Source: Eledone cirrhosa (lineage: Eukaryota). Taken from it: a stretch of 64,000 nucleotides of DNA. Within the stretch, counting starts at the first letter, position 1. Each line of letters begins with the position of its first letter. Where the stretch lies: positions 197,160,001 through 197,224,000 of the forward strand of contig OZ024743.1 of NCBI GenBank assembly GCA_964016885.1, given 5' to 3'. Of this stretch, positions 23,100 to 40,112 are shown piece after piece. The notes under the pieces are model-generated. The model saw nothing but the letters and a program-made list of their open reading frames with translations, searched no databases and had not been told where the DNA came from. Made by a program: the position numbers and the translations under genes.

Positions 23100-24374
23100 A
23101 ATAAATAAATATATATATATATATCTGTGTGTGCATATATATATATATATGTAGCTATTTATTTCTTGCTTTGCTTTTTTGTCAAGTTTCAAGTTAATAT
23201 AAACAAACGAAAAAAACAACAAAAAAACACCCTAAATAAAACACAAACAAGTTTTATCCCATTCTCTCTCTTTCAACCCCTCTCTCTCTCTCTTTCTCTG
23301 ACACATTATATATATATATACACATATTTAGACATACACATTATATATATATATATACACACATATTTAGACATACACATTATATATATATATATATATT
23401 TACACACATATACACATTCTCTGTGTCTCTATCAATATATCTGAAGAACAGTGAAGTCAAATAAATTGTTTACTGGCAGAGAGGCAACAGGATAAGCATA
23501 GTTACACATTATAGCTCTAGGTAGTTTAGATTTTATATATTTTCCATATTGTTTTTGGAGCAGTTTAGGTCTAAAATAAGGGCAGATATAATGACAAATC
23601 ACATACACACATATACACACACAAACAAATGCACAAACATGTACACACAAAGACACACAAACATGCACACACAAAAATGTTCACACAAATACACACACAG
23701 ACACGTACACACAAAGACACACAAACACAGACACAGAAACATGCAGATAAAGACATACACACAAAGACACAAAAACAAATGCTTACTCACAAACACAGAA
23801 ACAAACACAAAGACAAACTCATACACACTAATACATGAAAATATACACAGAAAAACACATATACAGTCACAAATAATCAAACAAACACAAGGCTTTACAG
23901 GGTAGGTTTCAATACTTATCTTGGGGTGCAACAGATTACATTTCTAATGAAACAAAATGAAAAAAAAAGCAAACATGGAAAGTCTTTTCAGCCGATTGTG
24001 AACCAAACGGAAGATCAGTGAATAAGGAAAAATTAAGAAGAAAAACGAACTGCAAAATAGGGATTATGACTGAATTATTCTATCATAATTCATAATATAT
24101 TTCTGTTGTTTGGGCTTTATTTTCATCACTGCTGGAAAACATGTTTTCTAATTCAGATCTTTTACAATTAACCTTAAATAGGACCATTGAAAAATACAAG
24201 AGAGAAATATTTTTTTCTTTCACTTTTCTGATCTGCTAGCTTTTACTCTTTGTATGTGTGTGTATATGTGTGTATATGTTGGAGGGTGTAGAATATTATG
24301 TTTATTTTTTTGTTTGTTTTTTAATCATGTAAAACATGATAAATACCAAAGCCGAATCATAAGTTTTACACACC

Positions 24375-24416
<42 letters not shown>

Positions 24417-24952
24417 AACAGATGCTGAATTTTATATAAAATATCTGAAAATCAGATATATAGAAATTACATTCATGTATTTCTGAAACAACTAGCGTAG
24501 GAAAATTTGAAGCAAGACATTGATTTCTGTATTATTTCATCATCATCATTAGCCACACATGCAGTTATGGAAGCACACACACACCTAAACTACAAATGAG
24601 ACACTAATTGTCCACGAGACTGCAAACCAAAGCAACACACACACACACACACACACATGCACTCATGCACAAATATATATAAACATTGATAAAAATGTTT
24701 CTAAGGCTACATATAGTGCCTGAAGTGCTGCAGATACATATTGCATCAGACAGAATATATGTTTGACCAAATAATGGAGAAAGAAGAGCTAAATGAAACA
24801 AATATGAAAAATAAACTGAATACCCAGCCAATGAGATTAAATATATAGGAAGCATCCAAATTTATAAAATATTTAAATGTGTGTAAAAATATTTCACCTG
24901 AAGACAAGGGGGGATTATACCAATTGAAATAAATAAATATTTCAAATAAGAA

Positions 24953-25002
<50 letters not shown>

Positions 25003-25916
25003 CATGCCAGCGTGAAAAAATGGACGTTAAACGGTGATGATCATGATATATATATATATAAATAAATAAATATATATACAACTTAATATATATAATATAT
25101 ATGTAAATAAATATATATAATATATATGTAAATAAATAAATATATATATACAATGTAATATATACATATAATGCATATATAAATTACAATATTCATAATA
25201 CAGTCAATATTTACTACTTCAAGCTGGATTTTGTAACACATAGAAGCTTTGAAACCTCATATAAATACCCAAATGTATTTCCACACATTTCTCAATGGTG
25301 AAAATTAAGCTGGTATTTACTATGAACTAAGAGAAATTATCCTACCTTCTGCTGCTATGAAAATGAAGAATAAAACCCTACTGTTATTCAACCCCCTTTC
25401 TACCACTTCCAATATAATTCCATATAAAATAAAATAACATATATAATCCTTTCTTTGCCCCCTAAACATCTCATCCAATTATTAACTTCCAACCCTACAA
25501 AAATCTAAGCCTAACATTCCATCCTTCCCAGATTTTTGCAACCTTCTGGAATTCCCACCAACATTTTTTCCTACAATCTTTGATCTATAAATGTTCAGGC
25601 TAAACATTAAATGCATCAATGTCCTAACAATGTCTCTTCCTTACTCTCTCACTCTTGACTAACTTATCACCACAACCACCACCAGTTTCACCATCATCAC
25701 AACCACCAAAGCCCCCCACCCACAGCAACACCATCATCGGCATCATCACCATCATAACCACCACCATCAAAACCACCAGCATCAACATCCCCACCAATAT
25801 CCCCACCACCACTATCGCCATCAACATCCCCACCACCACTACCACCACCACCATCACCATCACCATTGTTGTTGTCATCATTGTTGTTTTATGTCTGCTT
25901 TTCTAGGTTAGCAGTA

Positions 25917-26090
25917 AAGGTGTGTGGACTAGTGGCTAGAGTGGTTCAATCACAATTGTACAGCTGAGAGTTTGAGTCCCACACCAGGAGGTATGTTGTG
26001 TCCTTGAGCAAGACACTTTATTTCATATCATTCCAGTCTATTCAGCTGGTAAAAATGAGTTGTGATAACACTGGTATCAAGCTGTGTTGA
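25917..26090 (+). mobile_element. Diverged SINE related to the family B head/core
   Basis: tggactagtgg..gagtttgagtccc..tccttgagcaagacactttatttca. Confidence 0.65.
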
Positions 26091-26439
26091 CCTATGATTC
26101 TCCCTTGAACAACATTGGTAGTGTGGAGAGGAACTTTCGAGATGCAAACCAAAGGCAGGTCATGATTGGAAAGAGGGATCCTCTCTATGTTAGCATGGGT
26201 TGGATACATTTTCCGAAGCCATTTTTCTATGGCTGGGTGCCCTTCCTAATGTTAAGCCACATTCTATTATTATTAATTTTCTAAGTATGGCATATATTAG
26301 TGCTGTTGTTGTTCATCAAAGTGCTAAATTGTGGGACAAATTGTTTATGAAAGACATAAACAAACATAACTAAATCTTTTTAAGTACTGTTGATATGGAA
26401 ATGTAGGCAGTGATTGATGCATACAATCATACAATCATG

Positions 26440-26481
<42 letters not shown>

Positions 26482-26485
<4 letters not shown>

Positions 26486-26812
26486 TCATCATCATTTTAC
26501 GTCTGCCTTTCCCTGCTTGCAAGGGTGGGACGGGAACTGATTCTGGCTTGATTTCTACAGCTGGATGCCCTTCCTAACACCAACCTCATTTACAGTGAGT
26601 GCTGGGTGCTTTTTTCCATGGCACCTACACGACCACTTTGCAGTGGAATGATAGGGACCCCAGCCCCCATCATCTCATTTCTACAGCTGAGTAAACTGGA
26701 GCAATGTGAAATAAAGTGTCTTGCTCAAGGAAACAACACACCACCCGGTCTGAGAATTGAACTCACAACCTATCGATTGCAAGGCCAATGCTCTAACCAC
26801 TAAGCCATGTGC

Positions 26813-26813
<1 letters not shown>
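26482..26813 (-). mobile_element. SINE family B, short form
   Basis: Near-identical to 41201-41546; (TA)n on both sides. Confidence 0.92.
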
Positions 26814-26815
<2 letters not shown>

Positions 26816-26901
<86 letters not shown>

Positions 26902-27091
26902 TGTATGTATGTATGTATGTATGTATGTATGTATGTATGTATGTATGTATGTATGTATGTATGTATGTATGTATGTATGTATGTATGTATGTATGTATGT
27001 ATGTATGTATGTATGTATGTATGTATGTATGTATGTATGTATGTATGTATGTATGTATGTATGTATGTATGTATGTATGTATGTATGTATG

Positions 27092-27132
<41 letters not shown>
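26816..27132. repeat. (TA)n-(TATG)n-(TA)n microsatellite
   Basis: Direct reading; ~220 bp of perfect TATG. Confidence 0.95.
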
Positions 27133-27135
<3 letters not shown>

Positions 27136-27266
27136 GATAAATCTACCAAGAGTTTACGGTAGTGTCCAATCCGTATGAAGAACTCAATGTATTCCGGATA
27201 TCATGAAAAGAAGAGATGTAATGAAAAATCACTTTCGGTGAAAGATAAACGGTATACAGAGTCAAG

Positions 27267-28093
27267 ATAAAATATTAAACAAATAATGAATAAAACAATG
27301 AAACAGTTCCTTATATTAAACAAAAAAAGTTCATTATTTAACGATCGTTTCTAGGATATATATGTGTTAGAATTGGTATGCATATTCAACAGATCTATGT
27401 ACAAAATTATACAGAATTATACAAACTATCAAGATTAAATATACATACCAACACATATATACGCCGTCTTCAGAAATAATGAAATATATTTATTGATAAT
27501 AACAACAATTCAAAATTTCAGGTCCGTTTGGGAACAAAATTGACCAATGAAAATACAAAAGGTTTTATGCAGTTCGGTGTGTGTATATACATGTAACCAC
27601 CCTTACACATATTTTACAAAAATGTATGCTCAACATGTATACGCATACCAAAAGGATGGATGCAAATACAAAATTTCAAGGTTAATGTCTCTGTAAGTTT
27701 ATAATGCACAGATAAGATGCGTATAGACACATAAATATGAAATAAGTGTATACACATATTCTCATACTCACACATATCCGTACAATCACACACACGCGCG
27801 CGCGTATATGCATAAACATACACATAATTACGAACATACAAACACACACACACCCCCACTCACATATATATATATGTGGATATCATAAGCACATGGATAT
27901 TAATTCACTCACATAAACACTGCCACACACATTTAGATCAAGATACAGAAATTAGGTGGGAGGGGGGGAGAGGTCAGTATTCAACGGTTTGGGCAGACTG
28001 CTTATTATAGATGTATCTATAAACTAAGAAAATAAAAAATAAAAATTAAAAAGGAAAGAAAAGAAAAAGAAAAGAAAAAAGAAATATATCAAG

Positions 28094-28172
<79 letters not shown>

Positions 28173-28269
28173 ACACACATACATATACACACATCCACAC
28201 TTAGAACATACATACACACACATATATAAACATATACATATACACACATACACACATATACACACATAC

Positions 28270-28322
<53 letters not shown>

Positions 28323-28627
28323 TACACATATAATCACACATACTATATAGACACACATATATATACACACATACACGCACATATACATACACATACATAC
28401 TTATATACATACAGATATACACATACATACCTATATATACACACAAATACATACAGACATACATACATACATACACACAAATACTTACGCATCCATATAT
28501 CGGTATATACATACAAACACCACTACACTCTCACACAACTCAGACATACAAAGAAAAAGGTATATACCTATACACATATACATATACAAATAGAGATACA
28601 TATACATATATATATATACATATATAT

Positions 28628-28668
<41 letters not shown>

Positions 28669-28858
28669 CACATATACACACATATACATACATACACATA
28701 CATACATGTACACACACATACATATACATACATACACACATACACACATACATATATAGTCATACACACACATACACCTACACGAACATACACATACACA
28801 TATATAAAGATATATATACACACACACACATACACACACACACATATATATAAAATAA

Positions 28859-28901
<43 letters not shown>

Positions 28902-28957
28902 CATATACATACACACATACATAGACATATATGTACATACATAGACATACATACATA
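27267..28957. repeat. Left arm of 1.7-kb inverted repeat
   Basis: Reverse complement of 31832-33514, differing mainly in microsatellite lengths plus a few substitutions. Confidence 0.95.
27330..27483 (-). ncRNA. Type I hammerhead motif with ~115-nt stem II
   Basis: UUCAUUAUUU-CUGAAGA-[long hairpin]-GAAA-CGAUCG-UU-AAAUAAUGAA; perfect 10-bp stem I. Confidence 0.7.
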
Positions 28958-29232
28958 CATATACACACATATATACATATATATACACACATAGACACAT
29001 ACATACATACACACACAACATACATACACACACATATATACTCATACATAGAATTAGATATATATTCATACATACATACGCACTTACATATACTCATATA
29101 TACAAATACATACGCATCCATATATGCGTATATACATACAAACACCACTACACCCTCACACAACTCAGACATACAAAGAAAAAGGCATATACATATACAT
29201 ATATACACACATTAATAGAGATATATATACAC

Positions 29233-29263
<31 letters not shown>

Positions 29264-29471
29264 CATTTATATATATACACCCACACACACATACAACCAT
29301 AAACACACATACAAACACACACATACACATATATATACACATACATATATATACACACACACAAAAACAGACATACACATATATATTTTTTTACACATAT
29401 ATATACACATATATATACATATACACACCCTCACATATACACACATACACATAAGTTATATTATAATAATA

Positions 29472-29518
<47 letters not shown>

Positions 29519-29757
29519 CGAATATAGACATATATACACACATAGATATACATATATATATACATATACACACACACACACACACACTCACATATATATG
29601 TGCGCACACGTACATATATACACATACACACATATACACGTAAACACATACATGTGCATACATGCACATACACACATATACCCACATAGATACGAAGATA
29701 GACATATAAATAGAGAGACATACATATATATACACACACATATATACATACATACAT

Positions 29758-29798
<41 letters not shown>

Positions 29799-30632
29799 CA
29801 CACATACACGCCCACGCACATATACACATATACATATATACATACATACACACATACACATACACATATATATACACACATGCATATATACACATATATA
29901 TATATACATACACACATATATATACACACAATCTTACATTCTTATTTGCATGCGCATATATGTATTTTTATATTCAGATATAAATACCCAAACATATATA
30001 CACCTACCTACATATATATTCATACATACACGCTTACAAACACAGATGATAATAGTATGGGGGAAAGGGGGGGGGGGGGTTGGAGAAGGGGATTATAGTA
30101 AATATATGTTTCAAGAAACATAGAATATTATCTGTATCTGGATCCAATGTATGTTTTTACATAGTTTCAGTGTTAGGAAATACAAGAAATAAGGCAAAAT
30201 TTATGCATTTCAAAATAAATAAGTATACCATTAATTATATGTTAACTAAACTAAAGATAGTTAACATATTGATTTCTAAGGTGTAAATTAGTTAGGTTTA
30301 TAATATTTGAAGCAGAATTTTGAAGTTAAATAGTAGTAGAGTATTAATTATAGTATAACTAAATTAAAGTTAATAACGTTATGGTATCAATATTAGGAAA
30401 TGAATTTAGTAATAGGGAAAAAACAAATAAAGTATTACATCGGTAGTAGAATATAAATTATAGGTTAACTAAATTAAAAATTATATATTAATTTCTATAG
30501 TATATGTTAATTAGGTATATAATAAATAAAACAGATATTGTATTTTATCAATAGCAGAATATAATTATATGCAAATAGAAATCAAAATTAATACATATAC
30601 ATATACATATACATACACATATATATATATAC

Positions 30633-30685
<53 letters not shown>

Positions 30686-31172
30686 TACACATACATATAC
30701 ATACATACATATACATATTTTTTCAAAAATTGCAAAGAATATATTAACTAGGTATACATCCAAAACACATCCCATTCTATGATTACATGACATTCTGCAA
30801 TCCGTCTGTATAAGGATACTAATTTTAAGCCAATTAAATTAAATTTTAGGTTGACTAAATTTAAAACCAAATTATAAATATATTTCTAAAATGTATATTA
30901 ATTAGGTCTATAATACTAAAAATTATTTCTCTGTCATTGGATACACGATATTTTGTTATATTTTATCTGTAAAGGAATTTTAATAAAAGGTTTAAATAAA
31001 TTAAAATTAATCTATAAATTAAATTACTAAGTATATATTAGTAATATTTAAATGTTTTTCACAATTTATGATTACACAATATTTTATATTCTCATCTGTA
31101 ATAGAATTTTAATTAAATTAAATTTATAGGTTAACTAACATTTAAATTAAATTAATTTCTAAAATAATGTTA

Positions 31173-31830
31173 TTAATTAGGTTTATAATATTTAAATGTT
31201 TTTTTTAGTTTATGATTACACGATATAATTAATTCCTGTCGTTTATTTAATAGGATATCCTTAGATTTCATTATTTCAAATAGTTCTTGGGAACATAATC
31301 TACATTCATTTCTATTATTTTGATAAGGGGTGGCTCTTTTGAGCACACTCCAGGTCAAATCATATTCTATATTCTTATTTTTATAACTATTGATTTTTTC
31401 TGCTAGAGATGTTGTATTAGCCAGTGCGGCATTTTTAAAACTATGCTTGTGGGTATTAAACCTTGTCTTAAAATTGTTAGAGGTAGCTCCTATATATGAG
31501 CAAATAGAATCTTTAGTTTTAACATTACATTTATAGACTATGTTGTTAACAAGACAATTCCCTTTTAATGGGCAGTTTGCTTTGTTTCTACAGTTACAAC
31601 CTTTCGTTAATTCTGTATTTGAGGAGATATTATGGTTAATTTGATGTACTGGTGGTATACTTATGGTTTTCTTACATTTATATGCATTATAGGCACTTAT
31701 ATTTTGTTTTATGTTATTTGTTGTAGAGTATGAGAATTTAACTGTAGACCTATTTAAGATTTGATGGTATTTGTGGTTTGGCGGGAAGTTTTTCTCTAGG
31801 ATATAAAAAAATTTTTTAGCAATATTATCC
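31173..31830 (-). pseudogene. Penelope-like GIY-YIG endonuclease C-terminal fragment (one frameshift near 31370)
   Basis: Hand translation: NFPPNHKYHQILNRSTVKFSYS..GCNCRNKANCPLKGNCLVNNIVYKC..SYIGATSNNFKTRFNTHKHSF..WSVL..CRLCSQE..LLNKRQELIISCNH. Confidence 0.9.
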
Positions 31831-31831
31831 T

Positions 31832-33607
<1,776 letters not shown>

Positions 33608-33939
33608 TTTTGACAAAACAAAACAAAAGTTGGGGTAAAAGTTTAAGACTAGAAATCAAAAAGAAGAGGAGGCACAAAAGAGAACAGATAGTCATTCAGG
33701 AGGACACAACATGTGTTGACGGTTTGACGTGATGAAAGAAATTTGACAAACAACTGAATAATGAGCAATAAAGATAAAGTGAAAATGATATGGTGCATAA
33801 GTTTCTTTTTATTTCTCAATTTTATGTTAGTGACTTTATGATAGTCAAGTAAGTAAAGGCTAAGATGAAATAGACTATTGTAACTTCACCAGTTATGATC
33901 TGACAGGTAAGCTCTTCCTCCTCAATGTCTCATTGCATT

Positions 33940-34262
33940 GTATCATCTTCTTCGCCCACTTATTCCTGCGAGGGTCGTGGAGGTAGAGTCCTCAAACTCT
34001 CCTTTCAGTGGGTTCTGTCAGAAGCAACTGTCTCCAACTGGTTCGGCTGGATCCCCAAACAAGACCAGCCAATCTCATGGATGTTATCCAACCATCTTGC
34101 TCGGGGTCTACCCCTGGGTCTCGTGCCAGTTGGTTTTGCCCACAAAATCTGTCCAGCAATTCTTTCCTGAGACATTCTAACTACATGCCCATAGTATTGG
34201 AGCTGTGACCTCTCAATTTGGAGAAGTAGCAGCTCTACTTGGAGTGACACTCTGCATTGCAT
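33940..34262 (-). mobile_element. Expander/Rex3-like RTE LINE 3' fragment
   Basis: LLLQIERSQLQYYGHVVRM..RPRGRPRARWLD; second copy at 51064-51375. Confidence 0.85.
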
Positions 34263-35839
34263 CTTTCATTAAAAATATATAGGAATGAAAATGTTAAAAA
34301 ATAAATTCATCTGTTTCTAGCTGACTATACAACAACATACACAACATATAGACTCACACAGATACACAATACAGCTATACAGTAAAACAAAATTACAGTA
34401 TTGTTGAAATGATTTGTATCTGATTAGTTATTTACTAAAAGCCCTTAGACTGTTTTATTGTCTTGACTGAAATGTCGTGCATGTAGAATATTTTCTCGTA
34501 ACACTTTCAATATCTCAATTCATTATTTTTAACAGAAGATCTTAACAAAAATCTAATTCACTGTACACTTTAAATGAATCTGCCAATTCTAGCATTAAAA
34601 GAACAGTTGTCTTATAGAGATCATAGCAAAACAATCTTTATTTGTTTGTTTAAAATTTCTCTTCAAATTTCTTGCCTCTAAGCACTTTCTGCCAATCATT
34701 AACTTTTTCATATAACAGTGACTATTAAGTCATTATTTGCAGAGAACTTTGTGATGGGAAACACTTTAATGAATATATAGCTTAGGTTCGAGGTTAGAAG
34801 AAGAAATAAAAGCCATGGTACCACACAGATATACAGATCGACAAGCAAACAGACAGAAAGAAAAAAAGAAAAAAGTGCATTTCCGAGATGTAAAACTTTA
34901 TTGAAGATCTTTGTTAAAAAATTATGGTCTTATTCAACAATGTTTTCCTCGCAAACAAAAAAACTAATTGTATGTAACCACGTAAGCCCACTAGTAACAA
35001 AATAGATTACATATAGCAAAAAATAAACTTTAAAAAAAAAGGTGAAGTCATTAGGCCATGTTTTAAATTTTCTTTAAAATTGAAATTCTGAAGAATGGTG
35101 AAACAGAACGAATGAATATCATAATACAAGTAGACTGAAGACATTACGGTTGAGTAAGACACTTTTTGTTGATAACTTGCTTGCTGTAGGGAGTTAAGCC
35201 TGAGGTATTCAAGTGGAAATTTCAAACTTAATGTAAACAGATATGCAGAATTCAGATATTTTTAATTATCATCTTTTAACGAGCTTTATTCTTTAGTTAA
35301 CAGTTCTTTTTGTTAAGGAAAAAATGTAAAAAATAAATTAGAAATATATTTTACAAACTTCTTGTACTTGAAATAACAGAAGATCTTTCAAAACTGATTA
35401 GCTGTATCAATATTCTGTGAGGCTGGAGAAGAACGATTAATTCAACAAAGATAAATATGCAGAAATGTATATAAAGGAAAATCAATGGAGTTAAATTTTA
35501 TATGGGTGTATAGTGTGAATATGATGCAGTGTATATTGTACAGTGTGAGATGTACGTATTTGACAGTAGTGTATATTGTACAGTGTTTGATATCTGTATC
35601 TGACTGTCGTGTGTATTATGTGGTGCATGAATATAATATAACAGTGGAGTGTGTAGTGTTAATGTAATAGCGTTGTGGTGTGTGTGTGTGTGTGTTTGTG
35701 TGAATGTGTCAGTGGTGTATAGTGTGTGAATGAAGATGGTGATGTGATTGTGTGAGTGTAATAGTAGTTTGTAGTGTGTGAATATGGTGGAGGTGTGTGT
35801 GACAGTAATCTGAAGTGTGTGTGATGTGGTGTGCGAATG

Positions 35840-38800
35840 CAATAGAAATGTGATAGTGGTGTGTAGTGTGTATGATAGTGGTGTGTAGTGTGTATGATAG
35901 TGATGTGTAGTGTGTATGATAGTAATGTGTAGTGTGTGTGTGATAGTGATGTGTAGTGTGTATGTGATAGTGGTGTGTAGTGTGTATGATAGTGATGTGT
36001 AGTGTGTATGATAGTAATGTGTAGTGTGTGTGTGATAGTGATGTGTAGTGTGTATGTGATAGTGGTGTGTAGTGTGTATGATAGTGATGTGTAGTGTGTA
36101 TGATAGTGGTGTGTAGTGTGTATATGATAGTGATGTGTAGTGTGTACATGATAGTGATGTGTAGTGTGTATGTGATAGTGATGTGTAGTGTGTATGTGAT
36201 AGTGGTGTGTAGTGTGTATGATAGTGATGTGTAGTGTGTATGTGATAGTGGTGTGTAGTGTGTATGTGATAGTGATGTGTAGTGTGTATGTGATAGTGAT
36301 GTGTAGTGTGTATGATAGTGATGTGTAGTGTGTATGTGATAGTGGTGTGTAGTGTGTATGATAGTGGTGTATAGTGTGTATGATAGTAATGTGTAGTGTG
36401 TGTGTGATAGTGATATGTAGTGTGTATGTGATAGTGGTGTGTAGTGTGTATGATAGTGATGTGTAGTGTGTATGATAGTGATGTGTAGTGTGTATGTGAT
36501 AGTGATGTGTAGTGTGTATGTGATAGTGATGTGTAGTGTGTATGTGATAGTGGTGTGTAGTGTGTATGTGATAGTGGTGTGTAGTGTGTATGATAGTGGT
36601 GTGTAGTGTGTATGTGATAGTGGTGTGTAGTGTGTATGTGATAGTGATGTGTAGTGTGTATGTGATAGTGATGTGTAGTGTGTATGTAATAGTGGTGTGT
36701 AGTGTGTATGATAGTGGTGTGTAGTGTGTATGATAGTGATATGTAGTGTGTATGTGATAGTGATGTGTAGTGTGTATGTGATAGTGGTGTGTAGTGTGTA
36801 TGTGATAGTGATATGTAGTGTGTATGATAGTGATGTGTAGTGTGTATGTGATAGTGATGTGTAGTGTGTATGATAGTGATGTGTAGTGTGTATGTGATAG
36901 TGGTGTGTAGTGTGTATGATAGTGGTGTGTAGTGTGTATGATAGTAATGTGTAGTGTGTGTGTGATAGTGATATGTAGTGTGTATGTGATAGTGGTGTGT
37001 AGTGTGTATGATAGTGATGTGTAGTGTGTATGATAGTGATGTGTAGTGTGTATGTGATAGTGATGTGTAGTGTGTATGTGATAGTGATGTGTAGTGTGTA
37101 TGTGATAGTGGTGTGTAGTGTGTATGTGATAGTGGTGTGTAGTGTGTATGATAGTGGTGTGTAGTGTGTATGTGATAGTGGTGTGTAGTGTGTATGTGAT
37201 AGTGATGTGTAGTGTGTATGTGATAGTGATGTGTAGTGTGTATGTGATAGTGGTGTGTAGTCTGTATGATAGTGGTGTGTAGTGTGTATGATAGTGATAT
37301 GTAGTGTGTATGTGATAGTGATGTGTAGTGTGTATGTGATAGTGGTGTGTAGTGTGTATGTGATAGTGATATGTAGTGTGTATGATAGTGATGTGTAGTG
37401 TGTATGTGATAGTGATGTGTAGTGTGTATGATAGTGATGTGTAGTGTGTATGTGATAGTGATGTGTAGTGTGTATGTGATAGTGATGTGTAGTGTGTATG
37501 TGATAGTGGTGTGTAGTGTGTATGTGATAGTGATGTGTAGTGTGTATGATAGTGGTGTGTAGTGTGTATGATAGTGGTGTGTAGTATGTATGATAGTGGT
37601 GTGTAGTGTGTATGATAGTGATGTGCAGTGTGTATGTGATAGTGATGTGTAGTGTGTATGTGATAGTGGTGTGTAGTGTGTATGTGATAGTGGTGTGTAG
37701 TGTGTATGTGATAGTGGTGTGTAGTGTGTATGATAGTGGTGTGTAGTATGTATGATAGTGGTGTGTAGTGTGTATGATAGTGATGTGTAGTGTGTATGTG
37801 ATAGTGATGTGTAGTGTGTATGATAGTGATGTGTTGTGTGTATATGATAGTAGTGTGTAGTGTGTATGATAGTGGTGTGTAGTGTGTATGTGATAGTGGT
37901 GTGTAGTGTGTATGATAGTGGTGTGTAGTGTGTATGTGATAGTGGTGTGTAGTGTGTATGTGATAGTGATGTGTAGTGTGTATGTGATAGTTGTGTGTAA
38001 TGTGTATATGATAGTGATGTGTAGTGTGTATGTGATAGTGGTGTTTAGTGTGTATGTGATAGTGGTGTGTAGTGTGTATGTGATAGTGATGTGTAGTGTG
38101 TATGTGATAGTGGTGAGTAGTGTGTATATGATAGTGGTGTGTAGTGTGTATGATAGTGATGTGTAGTGTGTATGATAGTGATGTGTAGTGTGTATGATAG
38201 TGATGTGTAGTGTGTATATGATAGTGATGTGTAGTGTGTATGATAGTGGTGTGTAGTGTGTATGATAGTGATGTGTAGTGTGTATGATAGTGATGTGTAG
38301 TGTGTATGATAGTAATGTGTAGTGTTTATGATAGTGATGTGTAGTGTGTGTATGATAGTGATGTGTAGTGTGTATATGATAGTGATGTGTAGTGTGTATG
38401 ATAGTGATGTGTAGTGTGTATGATAGTGATGTGTAGTGTGTATGATAGTGATGTGTAGTGTGTATGATAGTAATGTGTAGTGTTTATGATAGTGATGTGT
38501 AGTGTGTATATGATAGTGATGTGTAGTGTGTATGTGATAGTGATGTGTAGTGTGTATGTGATAGTAGTGTGTAGTGTGTATGTGATAGTGGTGTGTAGTG
38601 TGTATGATAGTGGTGTGTAGTGTGTATGTGATAGTGGTGTGTATTGTGTATGATAGTGATGTGTAGTGTGTATGATAGTGGTGTGTAGTGTGTATGATAG
38701 TGATGTGTAGTGTGTATGATAGTGGTGTGTAGTGTGTATGATAGTGGTGTGTAGTGTGTATGATAGTGATGGGTAGTGTGTATGATAGTGGTGTGTAGTG

Positions 38801-39792
38801 TGTATGATAGTGGTGTGTAGTGTGTATGTGATAGTGATGTGTATTGTGTATGATAGTGGTGTGTAGTGTGTATGTGATAGTGATGTGTATTGTGTATGAT
38901 AGTGATGTGTAGTGTGTATGATAGTGGTGTGTAGTGTGTATGATAGTGATGTGTAGTGTGTATGATAGTGGTGTGTAGTGTGTATGATAGCGGTGTGTAG
39001 TGTGTATGTGATAGTGGTGTGTAGTGTGTATGATAGTGGTGTGTAGTGTGTATGATAGTGGTGTGTAGGGTGTATGATAGTGGTGTGTAGTGTGTATGTG
39101 ATAGTGATGTGTAGTGTGTATGATAGTGATGTGTAGTGTGTATGTGATAGTGGTGTGTAGTGTGTATGTGATAGTGATGTGTAGTGTGTATGATAGTGGT
39201 GTGTAGTGTGTATGTGATAGTGGTGTGTAGTGTGTATGTGATAGTGGTGTGTAGTGTGTATGATAGTGATGTGTAGTGTGTATGATAGTGATGTGTAGTG
39301 TGTGTGTGATAGTGATATGTAGTGTGTATGTGATAGTGGTGTGTAGTGTGTATGATAGTGATGTGTAGTGTGTATGATAGTGGTGTGTAGTGTGTGTGTG
39401 ATAGTGATATGTAGTGTGTATGTGATAGTGATATGTAGTGTGTGATAGTGATATGTAGTGTGTGTGTGATAGTGATATGTAGTGTGTATGTGATAGTGAT
39501 GTGTAGTGTGTATGTGATAGTGATATGTAGTGTGTGTGTGATAGTGATATGTAGTGTGTATGTGATAGTGATGTGTAGTGTGTATGTGATAGTGATATGT
39601 AGTGTGTATGTGATAGTGATGTGTAGTGTGTGTGTGATAGTGATATGTAGTGTGTATGTGATAGTGATGTGTAGTGTGTATGTGATAGTGATATGTAGTG
39701 TGTGTGTGATAGTGATATGTAGTGTGTATGTGATAGTGATATGTAGTGTGTGTGTGATAGTGATATGTAGTGTGTATGTGATAGTGGTGTGA
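35840..39792. repeat. ~4-kb minisatellite, 21/23-bp unit GTGTAGTGTGTAT(GT)GATAGTG(A/G)T
   Basis: Direct reading; almost no C on the + strand; degenerate left flank from ~35500. Confidence 0.97.
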
Positions 39793-40112
39793 ATTACTGG
39801 TAGAATGTAGAAATGTTACAGGAGCCTATGATGAAAAGTAAATATGAAACAATCAGACAAGATATTACATAGTTAGCAATACTACATGAAATGGTGTACA
39901 ATCAAGATGTATAGAACTTTTATGTCAATGAAAAACTAAATACTAGACTATTAATAATAATAATGACTGATACTACTAAGAATCATCATCATCAACATCA
40001 TCATCATCATCATGGTTTAACGTCTATTTTCCATGTTAGCATGAGTAGGATGGAGCATGGATATTTTTTTTACAATTCGTAGTAACCTTAAGACATGACA
40101 TTATATCCTATA

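Noticed and set aside
22570-23104. Hydrophobic poly-I/M membrane-like ORFs (also 25624-25906)
   Set aside because: Trinucleotide repeats.
26757-30098. Many long ORFs rich in YI/CV/HT
   Set aside because: Translations of (TA)n, (CA)n and (TATG)n microsatellites, not genes. The same applies near 13.1, 23, 32, 41 and 47.7 kb.
35709-39792. ORFs and CRISPR-like periodicity in the 21/23-bp array
   Set aside because: Contiguous tandem units with no unique spacers and no cas genes; eukaryotic minisatellite.
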